In this document: piece by piece, positions 1-10,154 of the stretch
Layout: each line of letters opens with the position of its first letter
How positions within the stretch are numbered: position 1 is the stretch's first letter
Sequence record: NZ_CP072388.1
Reading direction: 5' to 3' (one strand)
DNA length: 64,000 nt
From: a plasmid
The notes under the pieces: model-generated
What the model saw: the letters and a program-made list of their open reading frames with translations, nothing else
What the model was told of the DNA's origin: nothing
The model's database searches: none
Translations under genes and position numbers: made by a program

Positions 1-958
1 CGTCGTCCTGGCCCCAGCCATGGATCGCGCCCAGGTGCTGACCTGGGCAGCCCGGGCCGAGGCCGGCTCCGAGCACCCGCTCGCCCGACCCATCCTGGAG
101 GCAGCAGCCGCGGAGGGGCTGGCCACGTCGGGGCTGCCCGAGTTCACCGAGCCCGTGCCTGGCAAGGGCATCACTGCCACCATCGGCGGGCGCCGGGTCC
201 TCATCGGCAACGTGGCGCTGCTGGAGCAGTACGGCGTCGCGGACACTGTTGGCGCCGGGCAGGCCGCTGAGGAGCTCGCCGCAGCGGGCAGGACGGCGAT
301 GATCGTGGCCGTGGAGGATGCGGTGGCTGGTGTGGTCGCGGTGGCTGATGAGGTCCGTCCCGACGCGGCGCAGATGGTCGCCCGTCTGCACGACGCCGGG
401 GTGAAGAAGGTGGTCATGCTCACCGGTGACGCCCCGCTGGTGGCGAAGGCAGTTGGTGCGGCGACCGGGGTCGATGAGGTCCGCGCCGGCCTGCTGCCCG
501 AGGACAAGCTCGACGCGGTCGCGGACCTGCAGCGTCAGGGTCACGTCGTGGCCATGGTCGGTGACGGCGTCAACGACGCCCCGGCCCTGGCCACCGCCGA
601 TATCGGCGTAGCCATGGGTGCGGCCGGCTCGGCCGTGGCCGTAGAGACCGCCGACATCGCCCTCATGGGCGACAACCTGCTCAAGCTCCCCGAAGCGATC
701 GGCCTGGCCCGGCGCACCGTGAACAACATGCGCCAGAACATCACCATCGCCCTGATCACCGTGGCCGTGCTGCTGGCCGGAGTGCTGCTCGGCGGAGTGA
801 CCATGTCCATCGGGATGCTCGTCCACGAAGCCTCGGTCCTGGTCGTGATCGTCAACGCCATGCGCTTGCTGCGCCGCCACCAGGACACCACCAGCACCAC
901 GGCGACACCTTCCGCGCCAGCCACCGCCGCACCGATCCCAGCTGCGGTCCGGTCCTGA
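1..958 (+). CDS. Heavy-metal translocating P1B-type ATPase, C-terminal fragment (5' part lies upstream of window)
   Basis: Open frame to window edge. MVGDGVNDAPALATADIGVAMG hinge motif, C-terminal TM helices, stop at 956-958. Confidence 0.85.
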   Translation, partial: VVLAPAMDRAQVLTWAARAEAGSEHPLARPILEAAAAEGLATSGLPEFTEPVPGKGITATIGGRRVLIGNVALLEQYGVADTVGAGQAAEELAAAGRTAMIVAVEDAVAGVVAVADEVRPDAAQMVARLHDAGVKKVVMLTGDAPLVAKAVGAATGVDEVRAGLLPEDKLDAVADLQRQGHVVAMVGDGVNDAPALATADIGVAMGAAGSAVAVETADIALMGDNLLKLPEAIGLARRTVNNMRQNITIALITVAVLLAGVLLGGVTMSIGMLVHEASVLVVIVNAMRLLRRHQDTTSTTATPSAPATAAPIPAAVRS

Positions 959-1054
959 CCCTCTACCCCGGGCGGGACGCCTCATCCACCGTCCCGGCCA
1001 GGCGCGGATGTATCACCGCCGGGTAAGCCCGGCACAACCACAACAGGAGGAATC

Positions 1055-1486
1055 ATGAGTAACGAAGAACACTTCACCATCGAGGGCAACGTCGAGCACT
1101 TCACCATCGCGCGGGTCGCCCAGGACAATCCCGACTTCCGCCGGGTGCTGTGGACCGGCCAGCACGCCCAGATCGTCATCATGACGATCTCCGCCGGTGG
1201 CGAGATCGGTGAGGAGGTCCACGAGCACACCGACCAGATCCTGACCTTCGTCAGCGGGGCCGGTCAGGCCGACCTCAACGGCCATACCCACCCGATCGAG
1301 GCCGGTGACCAGTGCGCCGTCCCCGCCGGCGCCCGGCACAACTTCCGCAACACCGGCGACGAGCCGCTCGTGCTCTACACCATCTACTCCCCGCCCGAGC
1401 ACGCGGCCGACGGCGCCTACCCCACCAAGGAAGAAGCCGACGCCGCCGAGGCCGCTGGCCAGGACGAACCTCCCACCGCCGCCTGA
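1055..1486 (+). CDS. Cupin-domain protein
   Basis: 143 aa; RBS aggagg 8 nt upstream; two His-containing cupin motifs (GEEVHEHTDQ...PAGARHNFRNTG). Confidence 0.7.
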   Translation: MSNEEHFTIEGNVEHFTIARVAQDNPDFRRVLWTGQHAQIVIMTISAGGEIGEEVHEHTDQILTFVSGAGQADLNGHTHPIEAGDQCAVPAGARHNFRNTGDEPLVLYTIYSPPEHAADGAYPTKEEADAAEAAGQDEPPTAA

Positions 1487-1573
1487 CCGGCCATCCCCGC
1501 GCAGCGAACTCAGCGGCTGTTGGCCGCACCTGTCTCACCCGCTTCGAACACACAGCAGAAGGAGAAGAACCCC

Positions 1574-2488
1574 ATGTCCAAGGTGTACGTATTCACCGAC
1601 TTCGGCGGCCCCGAGACCCAGGCACTCATCGACCGTCCAGCGCCGCAGCCCGGCCCCGGTGAGCTCGCCGTCCGGGTCCGCGCCGCCGGTGTCAACCCCG
1701 TCGACTACAAGATCCGCGCCGGCCGCTACCGTCGGGACCAGCCGTTGCCGGCCCCCATGGGTCAGGAGGTCTCCGGTGTCGTCACCGCCCTCGGTGAGGG
1801 AGTCGAAAGCTTCGCCGTGGGCGACGAGATCCTCGGCCCTGTGGTCCCGGACTACGGCGCCTTCGCCGAGGACACCCTCGTGCGCGCTACCGATGCCGTG
1901 GCCAAGCCGGACGAGATCGCCTTCGCCGACGCGGCCACCATCCCCGTCGCCGGGGCCACCGCCTACGACGCCACCCACCAAATCGAGCTCGAGCCCGGCC
2001 AGCAGCTCCTCATCCTCGGGGCCGGCGGCGGTGTCGGACTCATGGCCGCCCAGATCGGCAAGGTCCACCAGTTCACCGTCATCGGCATCGCCTCGCAGGC
2101 CAAGCGCGAGATCGTTCAAGCCACCGGAGCAACGTTCATCCCCTCCGGTGCAAATGTCGCCGACCAGGTGCGCCAGATCGCCCCCGAGGGGGTAGACCTG
2201 ATCCTGGACCTCGTCGGTGGCGATGCCCTGCGTCAGGTCGCCGGACTCGTCACCGACCCGGCCAGGATCATCTCCGCCGCCGACCCCGACACCGTCACCG
2301 AGCTCGGCGGCAGTCCCCTGAAGCGCACCACCGAGGCACTGGAGAAGATCACCGGCGTCATCGAATACAACCTCGTCGACCCCAACGTCTCGGCCCTCTA
2401 CCCGCTGGAGGATGCGGGCGAAGCCATTGCTGCGGTCGAGAGCGGCCACGCCACCGGCAAGATCGTCATCCAGCCTCACAACGCCTGA
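1574..2488 (+). CDS. NADPH:quinone oxidoreductase / zinc-type medium-chain dehydrogenase
   Basis: MSKVYVF...GELAVRVRAAGVNPVDYKIRAG plus GAGGGVG Rossmann motif. Start moved to ATG 1574 behind RBS gaaggagaag. Confidence 0.8.
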   Translation: MSKVYVFTDFGGPETQALIDRPAPQPGPGELAVRVRAAGVNPVDYKIRAGRYRRDQPLPAPMGQEVSGVVTALGEGVESFAVGDEILGPVVPDYGAFAEDTLVRATDAVAKPDEIAFADAATIPVAGATAYDATHQIELEPGQQLLILGAGGGVGLMAAQIGKVHQFTVIGIASQAKREIVQATGATFIPSGANVADQVRQIAPEGVDLILDLVGGDALRQVAGLVTDPARIISAADPDTVTELGGSPLKRTTEALEKITGVIEYNLVDPNVSALYPLEDAGEAIAAVESGHATGKIVIQPHNA

Positions 2489-2620
2489 CGCGGGTTGACC
2501 GGTTGCGCATGTGAAGCACCTGGGCCGGGCCCGGTAGCACCGCGAGCACCCTCGTCATCGGCGTCAGCTGACCCGGCCGCCACACAACCCCGATAGAACC
2601 CCGCCATATAACGGCGCAAG

Positions 2621-2645
2621 TGTCAGATCCCGAAGTCGCGTGCAC
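2621..2645. repeat. Transposon terminal inverted repeat (IRt side): tgtcagatcccgaagtcgcgtgcac
   Basis: Starts TGTCA, 17/25 identical to the Tn5053 IR. Followed by a second related repeat (gcaagttcggtgctgcgtgcat) that is a candidate extra TniA-binding site. Confidence 0.55.
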
Positions 2646-2695
2646 AGGTGACCTGCAAGTTCGGTGCTGCGTGCATGGGAGTGTGAGCTGCCGGC

Positions 2696-4438
2696 GTGTC
2701 CGTACCCGTACGCACGACCGGCACGTTGTTCCATAGTCCTGTGCACGACGAGGCGGTCGATGAGGATCGCGTTGCCGAGCGAGATCTGCTGACCGTCCCG
2801 GATGAGGTGTGGGCGGTGGCGGTGCGCCGGGCGGAGGTGATCGCCCCGCTCGCCGAGGCGGGCCGGGCCGGTGGCGAGGCGGTGGACAGCGCGGCCGAGC
2901 TCCTGGGTGTCTCGCGGCGTCAGGTGTACGTGCTGCTGCGCCGGTGGCGCGAGGGCGGTCGCGTGGTTTCGGCCCTGGTCCCAGGCCGTTCGTCCGGCGG
3001 CCGCGGCGGGCGGCGACTGCCGGCCGACGTGGAGGCGATCCTCGCGGAGGTGCTGCCCCGGGAGTACCTGACCAGGCAGCACAGGACCACCGCGGCGGTC
3101 CACCGCGAGATCGTCCGGGCCTGTCGGCGGCGCGGGTTGCCGGCACCCTCGCGCGGCGCCGTCGAACGGCGGATCGCCGGGCTGGACCCGCAGGCTGCCG
3201 CGACGGCGCGGGAGGGCCCGGACGGGGCCCGGTCCCTGGCGTCGGCCGGCGGGCAGGTGCCGCCGGTGAGCGGGGTGCTGGAGCAGGTGCAGATCGACCA
3301 CACCGTCGTGGATTTGGTCGTGGTCGACGAGCGGCACCGCCTGCCGATCGGGCGGCCGTACGTGACGGTCGGGATCGACGTCTTCTCCCGGTGCATCGTC
3401 GGGCTGGTGATCACGTTGGAGGCGCCCTCGGCGCTGTCGGCGGGGCTCTGTCTGGCGCACATGGTCACCGACAAGCAGGCCTGGCTCGAGCGCCTCGGGA
3501 CCGAGGCCGCCTGGCCGATGGCCGGCAAGCCCGGCGAGCTGTACCTGGACAACGCCGCGGAGTTCAAAAGCGAGGCACTCCGGCGCGGGTGCGAGGAGCA
3601 CGGCATCAAGTTGCGCTACCGCCCGCCGGGGCGTCCGCACTACGGCGGCATCGTCGAGCGGGTCGTGGGCACGCTGATGGAGATGGTCCACGAGCTGCCG
3701 GGCACGACGTTCTCCAACCCGGCCCAGCGCGGCAGCTACGACTCCGACGCCAAGGCGGTCCTGACGCTCGCGGAGCTGCAGCGATGGCTGGCGCTGGCGG
3801 TGGCGAGCTACCACGGGCAGGTCCACGGCACGACGCGGCAGACCCCGCAGGCCCGCTGGGCCGCCGCCACTACCGGGGCGGCACCGATGACGGTCACCGA
3901 CGAGACGGCGTTCCTGGTGGACTTCCTGCCGGTGATCCGCCGGTCCCTGACCCGCACCGGGTTCGTCATCGACCACGTGCACTACTTCAGCGACGCGCTC
4001 AAGCCGTGGATCGCCCGCCGCGACCGGCTGGACCGGTTCGTGATCCGCCGCGACCCGCGCGACATCAGCCGCATCTGGGTGCTCGACCCCGAGGGCGGGG
4101 CCTACCTGCCGGTGCCCTACCGGACCCTGTCACGCCCGGCGGTGAGCGCGTGGGAGCATCGTGCCGCGCTCGAGCGGCTGCACGCCGAGGGACGGGCACA
4201 GGTCGACGAGGACGCGTTGTTCCGGATGGTCGAGCAGATGCGCACGATCACCGAGACCGCCCGGGCCACCACGCGCAGGGCCCGCCGTGACGCCGAACGA
4301 CGCCACCGCAACCCGCCGGCGGCCGCCGCACCGCCGACCATGCCTGCGTGCCCGCCCGAGGACGTCCCGGCGGGCCGACAAGCAGAGGACCGGATGGACG
4401 CCGACGCGGTTCCGTTCGAGGTGATCGAGCAGTGGTGA
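2696..4438 (+). CDS. tniA: Transposase TniA (DDE, Mu/rve-like)
   Basis: 580 aa. LPDEVWAVAVRRAEVIAPL, QIDHTVVDLVVVD, LYLDNAAEFKSEALRRGCEEHGIKLRYRP and C-terminal FEVIEQW all typical of Tn5053 TniA. Confidence 0.9.
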   Translation: MSVPVRTTGTLFHSPVHDEAVDEDRVAERDLLTVPDEVWAVAVRRAEVIAPLAEAGRAGGEAVDSAAELLGVSRRQVYVLLRRWREGGRVVSALVPGRSSGGRGGRRLPADVEAILAEVLPREYLTRQHRTTAAVHREIVRACRRRGLPAPSRGAVERRIAGLDPQAAATAREGPDGARSLASAGGQVPPVSGVLEQVQIDHTVVDLVVVDERHRLPIGRPYVTVGIDVFSRCIVGLVITLEAPSALSAGLCLAHMVTDKQAWLERLGTEAAWPMAGKPGELYLDNAAEFKSEALRRGCEEHGIKLRYRPPGRPHYGGIVERVVGTLMEMVHELPGTTFSNPAQRGSYDSDAKAVLTLAELQRWLALAVASYHGQVHGTTRQTPQARWAAATTGAAPMTVTDETAFLVDFLPVIRRSLTRTGFVIDHVHYFSDALKPWIARRDRLDRFVIRRDPRDISRIWVLDPEGGAYLPVPYRTLSRPAVSAWEHRAALERLHAEGRAQVDEDALFRMVEQMRTITETARATTRRARRDAERRHRNPPAAAAPPTMPACPPEDVPAGRQAEDRMDADAVPFEVIEQW

Positions 4439-5346
4439 ACAACGACCTGGCCCCGGCCGACCTGGACCACCTGCACGACAGCGCCCGGGCGCTGGCCCGG
4501 CTCCCGGCCGAGGAACGGGTCCGGCACGTGCGCGCGGACCGGTGGATCGGCTACTCCCGTGCCACCGCGGCCCTGGACCGCTTGGAGACGTTGTACGCGT
4601 GGCCCGGCCGGCAACGGATGCCCAACCTGTTGCTGGTCGGCCCGACGAACAACGGCAAGTCCATGATCATCGAGAAGTTCCGCCGCCTCCACCCGCCCAC
4701 CTCACACGCGGACCGGGAGGAGATCCCGGTCCTGGTCGTGCAGATGCCCTCCGAACCGTCGGTGATCCGGTTCTACGTCGCGCTGCTCGCCACGCTCGGG
4801 GCACCGCTACGCCCGCGTCAGCGCCTGGCCGACATGGAGCCGATGGCGTTGGCGCTGCTGCGAGCCGCGGGAGTACGCGTGCTGGTCATCGATGAGCTGC
4901 ACAACGTCCTCGCCGGGCGGTCCGACACCCGCCGGGAGTTCCTCAACCTCATCCGCTTCCTCGGCAACGAGCTGGGCATCCCGCTGGTTGGGGTCGGCAC
5001 CCGCGAGGCATACCTGGCCATCCGCTCCGACGACCAGCTCGAGAACCGCTTCGAACCCTTCACCCTGCCCCGGTGGGAACCCGACCAGGAGACACGGTCG
5101 CTGCTGGCCAGCTTCGCCGCCGCCTTCCCGCTGCGCCGCCGCTCGACCATCGCCACCGAGGAGATGACCCGCTACCTGCTGACCCGCAGCGAGGGCACCA
5201 TCGGCGAGCTCACCCACCTGCTCGTCGACGCCGCCGTGGCCGCGATCGAGTCCGGCGAGGAGGCCATCAACCAACGCGCCCTCCTCATGGCGCCCTACGC
5301 CGGCCCCACGGAACGACGCCGGATGTTCGAACGCGAGCTCGCATGA
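4435..5346 (+). CDS. tniB: Transposition ATPase TniB (AAA+)
   Basis: GTG start overlaps tniA stop (GTGA). Walker A GPTNNGKS; DHLHDSARALARLPAEERVRHVRADRWIGY typical of TniB. Confidence 0.9.
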   Translation: MNNDLAPADLDHLHDSARALARLPAEERVRHVRADRWIGYSRATAALDRLETLYAWPGRQRMPNLLLVGPTNNGKSMIIEKFRRLHPPTSHADREEIPVLVVQMPSEPSVIRFYVALLATLGAPLRPRQRLADMEPMALALLRAAGVRVLVIDELHNVLAGRSDTRREFLNLIRFLGNELGIPLVGVGTREAYLAIRSDDQLENRFEPFTLPRWEPDQETRSLLASFAAAFPLRRRSTIATEEMTRYLLTRSEGTIGELTHLLVDAAVAAIESGEEAINQRALLMAPYAGPTERRRMFERELA

Positions 5347-6641
5347 CCCGTCGATGGCCGCTGCACCCGCCACCGGGCGACGGAGAGGCGCTGTCCTCCT
5401 GGCTCAACCGACTGGCCGAGATCTACGGGCTCAGCGTCGAGGAACTGATCCGGCACGACCTTCTCCCGCCGGGCGCCGACCCGATAATCTACGACGGCGG
5501 TGCCCTGGACCTGGACCCGCCACCCGGAGTGCTCACCGCCCTCCACCGGCGCACCGGAGTGCCCCTGGGCGAGCTGCGCCAGATGACGATCGCCGGCTGG
5601 GCGCCCTGGCTCCTCGACACCCTGGACGTCGAACCGGAGGCCGGGGCGGCGCTCGACACCTACCTCCACCAGGACTCGGTGCTCCTCACCGCCAAGGAAC
5701 GCCCCCGCCGGCAGGTGCCCGGCTGGCGCGCCTGGCTGCCCTCGGACCTCAGACGCGAACCGATTCGCCGGGCCTGCCCGACCTGCCTGAGCACCACCAC
5801 GGCCGGCACCCCCGGCTTCACCCTGGTCTCCCAGTTGCCGCTCACGCTCAGCTGCTCGCAGCACGGCTGCCGCCTCGAACCCGCCTTCGGCGCCCTCGGC
5901 GGCTTCGTCGCCTGGGCGAAGCAGGACACGAATGCCACCGCCGCACCGGTCCCGGTCGTCGCCATGGACGCGCTCACCCACGAAGGTCTGCACACCGGCC
6001 TCGTCACCCTGCCCCGCCGCCGAGTGCACGTCGGGATGTGGTTCCGTCTCCTACGCACCCTGATCGACGAGCTCTCCACCCCCGTCTCGATGCTGCGCGT
6101 CCGTTCCCGGCACACCATGCAGCACCTCTGGCACGTGACCGGTCATCCGCCGCGGGCCGGCATGGCGGGCCCCTGGCGCCCCTACGAGGCGCTGCCGTGG
6201 CCGCAGCAGCGAATGCTCCTCGAGGCCGCCGCCACCACCCTGCAACTGGTCGAGGCCGGCGACGTGACCGCCCACGGCACCCTCGGCCATCTCCTGACCC
6301 CCGAGCCCTACCGGCCCGTTCCCGACGGCAGCACACCGCCCCAGCGCCGCCGTGACCACTGGCAGGAGATCAAGGACGAGATGAACCGAGCCATCGCCCG
6401 CGCCCAGCGCGACCCCGCCGCCGCCCGCCAGCTGCTGGCCACTCTCACCGCCCTGACCCGCAGCGAGACCACATTCCGGCGCACCCGCGAGGACCTGGTC
6501 GCCCTCGGCGTCCCCGAACGCCACCTCCCACGAACCCGGGACGATGTGCACGCCCGTGACGCTCCACCCGTCCAAGAGTGCGCGCTCGTCACATCCGAAG
6601 CGACGGCACCTTTGCACGACGTAGAATACGTGACCGGTTAA
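5343..6641 (+). CDS. tniQ: TniQ transposition targeting protein
   Basis: ATG overlaps tniB stop (ATGA). MTRRWPLHPPPGDGEALSSWLNRLAEIYGL typical TniQ N-terminus with zinc-finger cysteines (C..C...C..C). Confidence 0.8.
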   Translation: MTRRWPLHPPPGDGEALSSWLNRLAEIYGLSVEELIRHDLLPPGADPIIYDGGALDLDPPPGVLTALHRRTGVPLGELRQMTIAGWAPWLLDTLDVEPEAGAALDTYLHQDSVLLTAKERPRRQVPGWRAWLPSDLRREPIRRACPTCLSTTTAGTPGFTLVSQLPLTLSCSQHGCRLEPAFGALGGFVAWAKQDTNATAAPVPVVAMDALTHEGLHTGLVTLPRRRVHVGMWFRLLRTLIDELSTPVSMLRVRSRHTMQHLWHVTGHPPRAGMAGPWRPYEALPWPQQRMLLEAAATTLQLVEAGDVTAHGTLGHLLTPEPYRPVPDGSTPPQRRRDHWQEIKDEMNRAIARAQRDPAAARQLLATLTALTRSETTFRRTREDLVALGVPERHLPRTRDDVHARDAPPVQECALVTSEATAPLHDVEYVTG

Positions 6642-6719
6642 GTGACACATCTCCTCCGGAGAATCCTCCGGATGCGGACTGTCACGTAATCGGTCGAATA
6701 AGTGATGGAGGTGACGGCG
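6642..6719. promoter_or_regulatory. Probable res (resolution) region between tniQ and tniR
   Basis: Only non-coding gap in the tni module. Contains short dyads (tcctccgga/gaatcctccgga, tgtcacgtaat). Position matches res of the Tn402 family. Confidence 0.35.
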
Positions 6720-7334
6720 ATGCTCGTCGGATACATGCGTGTCTCGAAGGCCGACGGGTCCCAGACCACCGACCTGCAACGCGACGCCCTCCTCGCCGCC
6801 GGCGTCGAGCCCGACGCCCTGTACGAGGACAAGGCCTCCGGCAAGAAGGACGACCGCCCCCACCTCGCCGCCTGCCTGAAGGCCCTTCGCGCCGGCGACA
6901 CCCTGGTGGTCTGGAAGCTCGACCGCCTCGGCCGCGACCTGCGCCACCTGGTGAACATCGTCCACGACCTCACCCAGCGCGGCATCGGCCTGAAGGTCCT
7001 CACCGGCCAGGGCGCCGCCATCGACACCACCACCGCCTCCGGCAAGCTCGTCTTCGGCATCTTCGCCGCCCTGGCCGAGTTCGAGCGTGAGCTCATCTCC
7101 GAACGCACCATCGCCGGCCTGGCCGCCGCCCGCGCCCGCGGCCGCAAAGGCGGACGCCCCTACAAGATGACCCCCGCCAAGCTCCGCCTCGCCATGGCCT
7201 CCATGGGACAACCCGACACCAACGTCACCGACCTGTGCAAGGAGCTCGGTATCACGCGCCAGACCCTGTACCGGCACGTGTCTCCCACCGGGGAGCTACG
7301 TCCCGACGGGCGAAAGGTCCTCCCCGGCAACTGA
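6720..7334 (+). CDS. tniR: Serine recombinase / resolvase TniR
   Basis: MLVGYMRVSKADGSQTTDLQRDAL with catalytic Ser, C-terminal HTH. RBS ggaggtg upstream of ATG 6720. Confidence 0.85.
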   Translation: MLVGYMRVSKADGSQTTDLQRDALLAAGVEPDALYEDKASGKKDDRPHLAACLKALRAGDTLVVWKLDRLGRDLRHLVNIVHDLTQRGIGLKVLTGQGAAIDTTTASGKLVFGIFAALAEFERELISERTIAGLAAARARGRKGGRPYKMTPAKLRLAMASMGQPDTNVTDLCKELGITRQTLYRHVSPTGELRPDGRKVLPGN

Positions 7335-7464
7335 ACCGGCCGGCCCAGCGGCTGGTAGGCGGACACCAGCTGTGCCCTTCGTTGTCATCCCTGGTCGACT
7401 CGCCCGGGCGCGCGGCGATCGATGCCAGTCCTACACGAAGTCAAGTTCTGATAGTTTCTGCCAC

Positions 7465-7854
7465 TTAGAGGTAGCGGCAGACCTGGTCTGGGGCGCAGGT
7501 GGCGGGGTCGGCGGTGGTGGCTGTGTCCCGCAGCTCCGCGACGGTCTGGCGCAGTGCCTGCAGATCGGCGATCTGCCGGTCGAGGTCGACCACGCGGGTG
7601 CTGAGCAGGCCGGCGACGTGTGCGCACGGGGCCTCGCCGGCGTCGCGGATGGCCAGGATCTGGCGCAGCTGGGCGAGGCTGAGCCCCGCGGTGCGGCCGC
7701 GGCGGATGAAGTCCAGCCGGCCCATCACGTCCTGGCCGTAGTCGCGGTACCCGCCCGCGGTGCGCTCTGGCGTGGGGAGCAGCCCCTGGTCCTCGTAGAA
7801 GCGCAGCGTCTTCGTCGTCGTCCCGGCCGCCGCCGCGACCTCACCGATCCGCAT
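7465..7854 (-). CDS. merR: MerR-family metal-responsive regulator (mercury MerR-like, 3 conserved Cys)
   Basis: MRIGEVAAAAGTTTKTLRFYEDQGLL HTH. Cys at ~77, 120, 126 like MerR C79/C114/C123. Divergent from merA. Confidence 0.8.
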   Translation of the reverse strand: MRIGEVAAAAGTTTKTLRFYEDQGLLPTPERTAGGYRDYGQDVMGRLDFIRRGRTAGLSLAQLRQILAIRDAGEAPCAHVAGLLSTRVVDLDRQIADLQALRQTVAELRDTATTADPATCAPDQVCRYL

Positions 7855-7881
7855 CCATCTCTCCTTCGTGTGCCGCCGGAC

Positions 7882-7914
7882 TTGACCTTCCCCTGCACTG
7901 GAAGGTCCAGTCTG
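7882..7914. promoter_or_regulatory. mer operator/promoter: -35 TTGACC with 8-bp dyad gaccttcc-N8-ggaaggtc in the spacer
   Basis: Perfect dyad between the -35 and -10 elements in the merR/merA divergent intergenic region. This is classic MerR operator geometry. Confidence 0.5.
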
Positions 7915-7955
7915 GTCCTGTCGCCACCTCGGCGGCAACGAGCGGGAGGGATCAG

Positions 7956-9389
7956 ATGGGACACACCGAGGTCGACCTCGCGGTCATCGGTTCGGGTGGC
8001 GGCGCCTTCGCGGCCGCGATCGCGGCGACCAACCTGGGCAAGCGGGTCCTCATGGTGGAGCGGTCGACGATCGGGGGGACGTGCGTGAACACCGGCTGCA
8101 TCCCCTCCAAGGCGCTGATCGCCGCGGCCGAGGCCCACCACGTGGCGCTGGACTCGGGCCGGTTCCCCGGCATCGCCACGTCCGCCGCCCGTGCGGACAT
8201 GTCCGGGCTGGTCGGCGGCAAGCGGGCGCTGGTGGAGACCATGCGGGCGGAGAAGTACGTCGACCTGGCCGCCGAGTACGGCTGGGAGCTGCGCCAAGGC
8301 GACGCCACCTTCGCCGCCACGGCGGACGAGCCGCTGCTCGAGGTGACCGGTCCGGACGGCACGGTCGAGACGGTGCGCGCCGCGCACTACCTCGTGGCCA
8401 CCGGCTCCACGCCGTGGGCGCCGCCCATCGCCGGGCTCGAGACCATCGACTACCTGACCTCGACGACGGCGATGGAGCTCGATGAGGTGCCCGACACGCT
8501 CCTGGTCCTCGGCGGCGGCTACGTCGCACTGGAACAGGCCCAGCTCTTCGCGCGGCTCGGCTCGCAGGTCACCATGCTGGTCCGCTCCCGCCTGGCCTCC
8601 GGGGAGGAGCCCGAGGTCTCCAAGGCGCTGCTCGGGGTGTTCGCCGACGAGGGCATCCGGGTCGTGCGCCGGGCGACCGTCTCGGCCCTGCGCACCGACG
8701 ACGCCACCGGCGAGGTGGTCGCGACCGCCACGGTCTCGGGCGGGGTCGAGGAGTTCCGCGCCGCCAAGGTGCTGGTCGCGACGGGCCGTCGCCCCGTCAC
8801 CGACGGACTGAACCTGGACGCCGTGGGCGTGAGCACCGGCGAGCTGGGCGAGGTCATCGTCAACGGCCACCTGGCCAGCACCAACCCCCGAATCTGGGCG
8901 GCCGGGGACGTCACCGGGCACCGGGAGTTCGTCTACGTCGCCGCCTCCCACGGCACCCTCGTGGTCGAGACCGCCTTCGCCGGCGCCGGCCGGGAGGTCG
9001 ACTACCGCCACCTGCCCCGGGTGGTGTTCACCAGCCCCGCCGTCGGTGCGGTGGGGATGACCGAGCGGGAGGTCGTGGCCGCCGGGATTCCGTGCGACTG
9101 CCGCGTGCTGCCGCTGGAGTACGTCCCCCGCGCCCTGGTCAACCGGGACACCCGTGGCTTCGTCAAGGTCGTCGCCCACGCGCACACCGGGCAGATCCTT
9201 GGCCTGACCGCGGTCGCCAAGGACGCCGGCGAGCTGGCCGCCGCCGGCGTGTACCTCCTCGAAGCCGGCATGACCGTCGACCAGGTCGCCCACATGTGGG
9301 CGCCCTACCTGACCATGGCCGAGGGCATCAAGCTCGCCTGCCAGTCCTTCACCACCGACGTCTCCAAGCTCTCCTGCTGCGCCGCCTGA
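7956..9389 (+). CDS. merA: Mercuric reductase MerA (core enzyme, no N-terminal HMA domain)
   Basis: GGTCVNTGCIPSK redox-active disulfide, FAD/NAD Rossmann motifs, C-terminal vicinal Cys pair (KLSCCAA). Confidence 0.9.
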   Translation: MGHTEVDLAVIGSGGGAFAAAIAATNLGKRVLMVERSTIGGTCVNTGCIPSKALIAAAEAHHVALDSGRFPGIATSAARADMSGLVGGKRALVETMRAEKYVDLAAEYGWELRQGDATFAATADEPLLEVTGPDGTVETVRAAHYLVATGSTPWAPPIAGLETIDYLTSTTAMELDEVPDTLLVLGGGYVALEQAQLFARLGSQVTMLVRSRLASGEEPEVSKALLGVFADEGIRVVRRATVSALRTDDATGEVVATATVSGGVEEFRAAKVLVATGRRPVTDGLNLDAVGVSTGELGEVIVNGHLASTNPRIWAAGDVTGHREFVYVAASHGTLVVETAFAGAGREVDYRHLPRVVFTSPAVGAVGMTEREVVAAGIPCDCRVLPLEYVPRALVNRDTRGFVKVVAHAHTGQILGLTAVAKDAGELAAAGVYLLEAGMTVDQVAHMWAPYLTMAEGIKLACQSFTTDVSKLSCCAA

Positions 9390-9435
9390 CCACAACCGCC
9401 GCAGACCCGCGGCACCAATAGGAAGGGATTTCCCC

Positions 9436-10110
9436 GTGAACGATGAAACCAAAACCCTCACCGAGCGACTGGCCACACAGGACTCCGGCCTGGAGACCTG
9501 GCTCTGGCTGCCGCTGCTCCGCCTCCTCGCCTCCGGCGCCCCGGTCGAAGTCGCCGACCTGGCGGCTGCCACCGGCCGGCCGGCCGAGGAGGTCCGCCAG
9601 GCGCTGGCCGCTGTTCCCGACACCGAGTACGACGAGGACGGGCGCATCGTGGGTCTCGGACTGACCCTGCGGCCGACCCGCCACCACTTCGCTGTCGACG
9701 GCCGGCAGCTGTACACCTGGTGCGCGCTGGACACCCTGATCTTCCCTGCGCTCCTCGACAAAGCGGTGACGATCGAATCGCTCTCCCCGACGACGCGGAC
9801 CCCGGTGCGGGTGCACGCCGGGCCGGACGGAGTCACCAAGGTGGAGCCGCCCACCGCGGTGGTCTCCCTGGTCAACCACCCCGCCGACATGTCCTCGGTG
9901 CGTTCGGCGTTCTGCAACCAGGTCCACTACTTCGCCTCCGCCGAGGACGCCCGGCCCTGGCTCGAGAGGCACCCCGACGCCGAGGTAACTGCCGTCAAGG
10001 ACGCCTACCGGCTCGCCCTCGCCATGACCACGAACATGCTCGACGAGCACACCCCGGTCGGCCACGACATCCCCCGCGACACCACCGGCCAAAACTCCCG
10101 GTGCTGCTGA
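9436..10110 (+). CDS. merB: Organomercurial lyase MerB
   Basis: WCALDTL (Cys/Asp) and AFCNQVHYF (Cys) correspond to the MerB catalytic C96/D99/C159 triad. Confidence 0.85.
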   Translation: MNDETKTLTERLATQDSGLETWLWLPLLRLLASGAPVEVADLAAATGRPAEEVRQALAAVPDTEYDEDGRIVGLGLTLRPTRHHFAVDGRQLYTWCALDTLIFPALLDKAVTIESLSPTTRTPVRVHAGPDGVTKVEPPTAVVSLVNHPADMSSVRSAFCNQVHYFASAEDARPWLERHPDAEVTAVKDAYRLALAMTTNMLDEHTPVGHDIPRDTTGQNSRCC

Positions 10111-10122
10111 GCTGCTGCCACC

Positions 10123-10154
10123 CGGGGCCGGGGCCGGGGCCGGCCCCGGCCCCC
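10123..10154 (+). terminator. GC hairpin formed by a (GGGGCC)n / (GGCCCC)n palindrome after merB
   Basis: cggggccggggccggggccggccccggccccc immediately follows the merB stop. A stable stem is evident but there is no T-tract. Confidence 0.4.

Noticed and set aside
2466-3982. Long minus-strand ORFs (226 and 472 aa) antisense to the tniA region, with Arg/Pro/Gly-rich translations
   Set aside because: Low-complexity amino-acid composition typical of off-frame GC-rich DNA. They fully overlap the well-supported tniA gene.
5354-7277. 333-aa plus-strand and 408-aa minus-strand ORFs overlapping tniQ/tniR
   Set aside because: Alternative-frame artefacts (R/P/G-rich). tniQ and tniR in their own frames have clear family motifs.
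7725-9917. 730-aa minus-strand ORF spanning merR-merA-merB
   Set aside because: Antisense to three well-supported mer genes. Compositionally biased translation.
10123-10154. (GGGGCC)n repeat considered as a CRISPR or mini-satellite
   Set aside because: Single short palindromic tract with no spacer/repeat periodicity. Better explained as a hairpin/terminator.
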